Below, one piece after another: positions 24,205-25,940 of a DNA stretch of 25,940 nucleotides. The stretch is from IMG/VR virus record IMGVR_UViG_3300046807_000016, positions 1 to 25,940 of that record; one strand, written 5' to 3'. Origin of the DNA: a virus. Lineage: Duplodnaviria; Caudoviricetes. How positions within the stretch are numbered: position 1 is the first letter of the stretch; every line of letters begins with the position of its first letter. The notes under the pieces were generated by a model. The model saw only the letters and a program-made list of their open reading frames with translations. It was not told the origin of the DNA and ran no database searches. The position numbers and the translations under genes are program-made.

Positions 24205-24209
24205 GTTAT

Positions 24210-24401
24210 TTATTCCTTAGTGTTAGCTAAAACTGAGTCCCACTTACCTTGAGGACAATGCTGACCAGCTCTCTGAGTTTTCAACTGGATAACGCAAAAG
24301 CAGACGCTACATACACCCACTTTATTGTTCTCACAGTTACCGCAAATTGACTGACGTTCTTGAACTACTTCCTCAGGAGCAGTTTGAAAAGAAGGTATCA
24401 T
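24210..24401 (-). CDS. Small Cys-rich protein, DUF6171-like (likely start 24401)
   Basis: R..IC..C......C..C.C....K.......CP.GKW. ATGA overlap with the fibre gene stop. Confidence 0.75.
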   Translation of the reverse strand: MIPSFQTAPEEVVQERQSICGNCENNKVGVCSVCFCVIQLKTQRAGQHCPQGKWDSVLANTKE

Positions 24402-25084
24402 GCTGTACGTTTCCACATCGCAACAGTAATATACGGCTGCAAGTTAGCATTAGTACCGGAAGAACCAGTGGAGTCCACTGTAATGCCGTGGGTGTGTGCA
24501 CCTGCTGTGGAAATAGAACTCTGCTGTGCTGAGTTAGCACTTCCGTTCGGCTGAGGGAAGCTGTAAGAGCAGCAATCAGACGAGCGTAACGATTCGTGAA
24601 TATTCAGAGTGTGAGTGTGTTCACCGGCGCTGGCAGAAGAAGCTGTGTGGGAGTGAGCCACAACGACAGCATCTTTACTACCACCAGTCTCTTCCAAGGA
24701 ATCAAACAGTGCATCTCCACCGTTCAAGCCAACCATCACACGACCTGCACCGAAAGCAACCCAAGTACCAAAACCTAACAAAGTATTAGGATTAGAAGTA
24801 GAGCCTGCATTGATGTAGATAGAACCTACAGGGTACACAGCCTGCATAGCAGCCTGCACAAAAGCAGTGGTAGCTAACTGAGGAGTGCTTGTACCGGCAG
24901 CCGCTGTAGGAGCCGTAGGAACACCTGTCAAAGCAGGGCCAGCTAAGTCAGCCTTAGTAGCCACTGCTGTAGCGATGTTGTTGAACTCAGTATCGAACTC
25001 AGCGCCTTTGATAATCTTTAAAGGATTACCAACAGCAAGAGAGTCTTTACTGGTGAAGTTAGTTGATTTTACGTATTCGGACAT
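24398..25084 (-). CDS. Short tail fibre / T4 gp10-gp12 C-terminal-like protein
   Basis: PALTGVPTAPTA...QLATTAFV fibre repeat; YPVGSIY, FGTW, GRVMVG, TGG, three HxH motifs, NLQPYITV.MWKRTA. Confidence 0.82.
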   Translation of the reverse strand: MSEYVKSTNFTSKDSLAVGNPLKIIKGAEFDTEFNNIATAVATKADLAGPALTGVPTAPTAAAGTSTPQLATTAFVQAAMQAVYPVGSIYINAGSTSNPNTLLGFGTWVAFGAGRVMVGLNGGDALFDSLEETGGSKDAVVVAHSHTASSASAGEHTHTLNIHESLRSSDCCSYSFPQPNGSANSAQQSSISTAGAHTHGITVDSTGSSGTNANLQPYITVAMWKRTA

Positions 25085-25940
25085 TATACAATCTTTCCGT
25101 TCTTAGCTTGAATCTCGATCTTCTGAATACTTAACGCAGAACTGTAGATGTCTGCTTCGTACCCAGTTTGAATGACTTTACCTGATCCAGTAGGATAAGC
25201 AACTAAAGTCTGTAATGATGTGCCACCTGAGTAAATAGCAGTAGCTGTATTATACTCGTTTTCACCGAAATATGCAACCCCCTGAGCAGGAATATTTACG
25301 TTTTGAGCAAAATAATTACCTGTGAAGTCATATCCCCACTTCATTGTCACATACTGGTTGTTGCCCCCGATGACAACTACTGAGAGTTTCTTCAAGACAG
25401 AGGTCACTGAAGGCTGGCCTAAGTCAGTGTGGTTAGTGAAGTACTGGAAACGATAGCTAGATTCATTGTCCAGATAGCCAGTATACTTACCGATATAGCC
25501 TGCTTTACCGATCAGAATGCTCTTGTCACGGGTGTAGCAAAAGCTCTTAGGCTCAACGCTATCCCACATCGTCACCCTGCTAGAACCATCTTGGAGTACT
25601 GTCTTCATGTCGAAGCAGTATACAACCTTTAACGAGGGCAAGGTCAACAGGTAGAATGAATCGAAAGGACTGTATACAGACTTGATTGAAGAAGCTACCT
25701 CACCAGCAACAGCACTCATCAGGTCATTACGTACATTCTTAGACAGGTCACGGAATGGAGCAGACTTCTCTTGGATGGTTCTTAAGACACTGCGAACACC
25801 TGTATCAGACAGAAAGATCACATCTGAGCCAGTATTCTGGATGGTGTCACGAGCGATGCAACCAATACCTGTGATAGCGTCTGAGAGCTTGAACACACCT
25901 GCGGATAAGACATCCTGAGCACCTGAGTACACCAAGATAT
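25084..25940 (-). CDS. 5'-truncated tail hub / DNA-stabilisation protein (P22 gp10 / tail tubular B-like position)
   Basis: Open to the window edge; beta-propeller-like pattern (GIGCIARDTIQ..G.DVIFLS..GVRS); located upstream of the fibre and ejection genes. Confidence 0.65.
   Translation of the reverse strand, partial: ILVYSGAQDVLSAGVFKLSDAITGIGCIARDTIQNTGSDVIFLSDTGVRSVLRTIQEKSAPFRDLSKNVRNDLMSAVAGEVASSIKSVYSPFDSFYLLTLPSLKVVYCFDMKTVLQDGSSRVTMWDSVEPKSFCYTRDKSILIGKAGYIGKYTGYLDNESSYRFQYFTNHTDLGQPSVTSVLKKLSVVVIGGNNQYVTMKWGYDFTGNYFAQNVNIPAQGVAYFGENEYNTATAIYSGGTSLQTLVAYPTGSGKVIQTGYEADIYSSALSIQKIEIQAKNGKIV

Overview
Central ~26 kb of a dsDNA tailed-phage (podovirus-like) genome with two converging arms. 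The + arm (1-17403) holds small early genes, then a T7-like replication set: gp4-like primase-helicase, Tyr762-type family A DNA polymerase, gp2.5-like SSB, gp6-like exonuclease and gp3-like endonuclease I. It also carries tRNA-Leu(TAA), a nucleotide-metabolism block (ThyX, MazG-like, metallophosphoesterase, DUF3310, class I RNR beta+alpha, glutaredoxin, PhoH), a ClpP-like protease and three free-standing His-Me endonucleases (one of them antisense). The - arm (25940-17450) runs from a tail/stabilisation protein through a short fibre, three ejection-type proteins and an unexplained block of exported/membrane proteins to a holin/M15 endolysin cassette. The arms meet at a 13-bp bidirectional terminator. 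Promoters are host sigma70-type. No phage RNA polymerase, integrase, CRISPR array or reverse transcriptase is in the window. Best leads: (1) the four-gene exported/membrane module at 18524-20368; (2) a promoter-coupled AT-rich palindrome array at 2037-2240 (origin or structured RNA); (3) apparently complete CCWGG avoidance, visible in Pro-Gly codon choice; (4) an RNR beta with atypical metal ligands; (5) translationally coupled microproteins missed by the ORF track. All family calls come from motif recognition by eye, not database searches.
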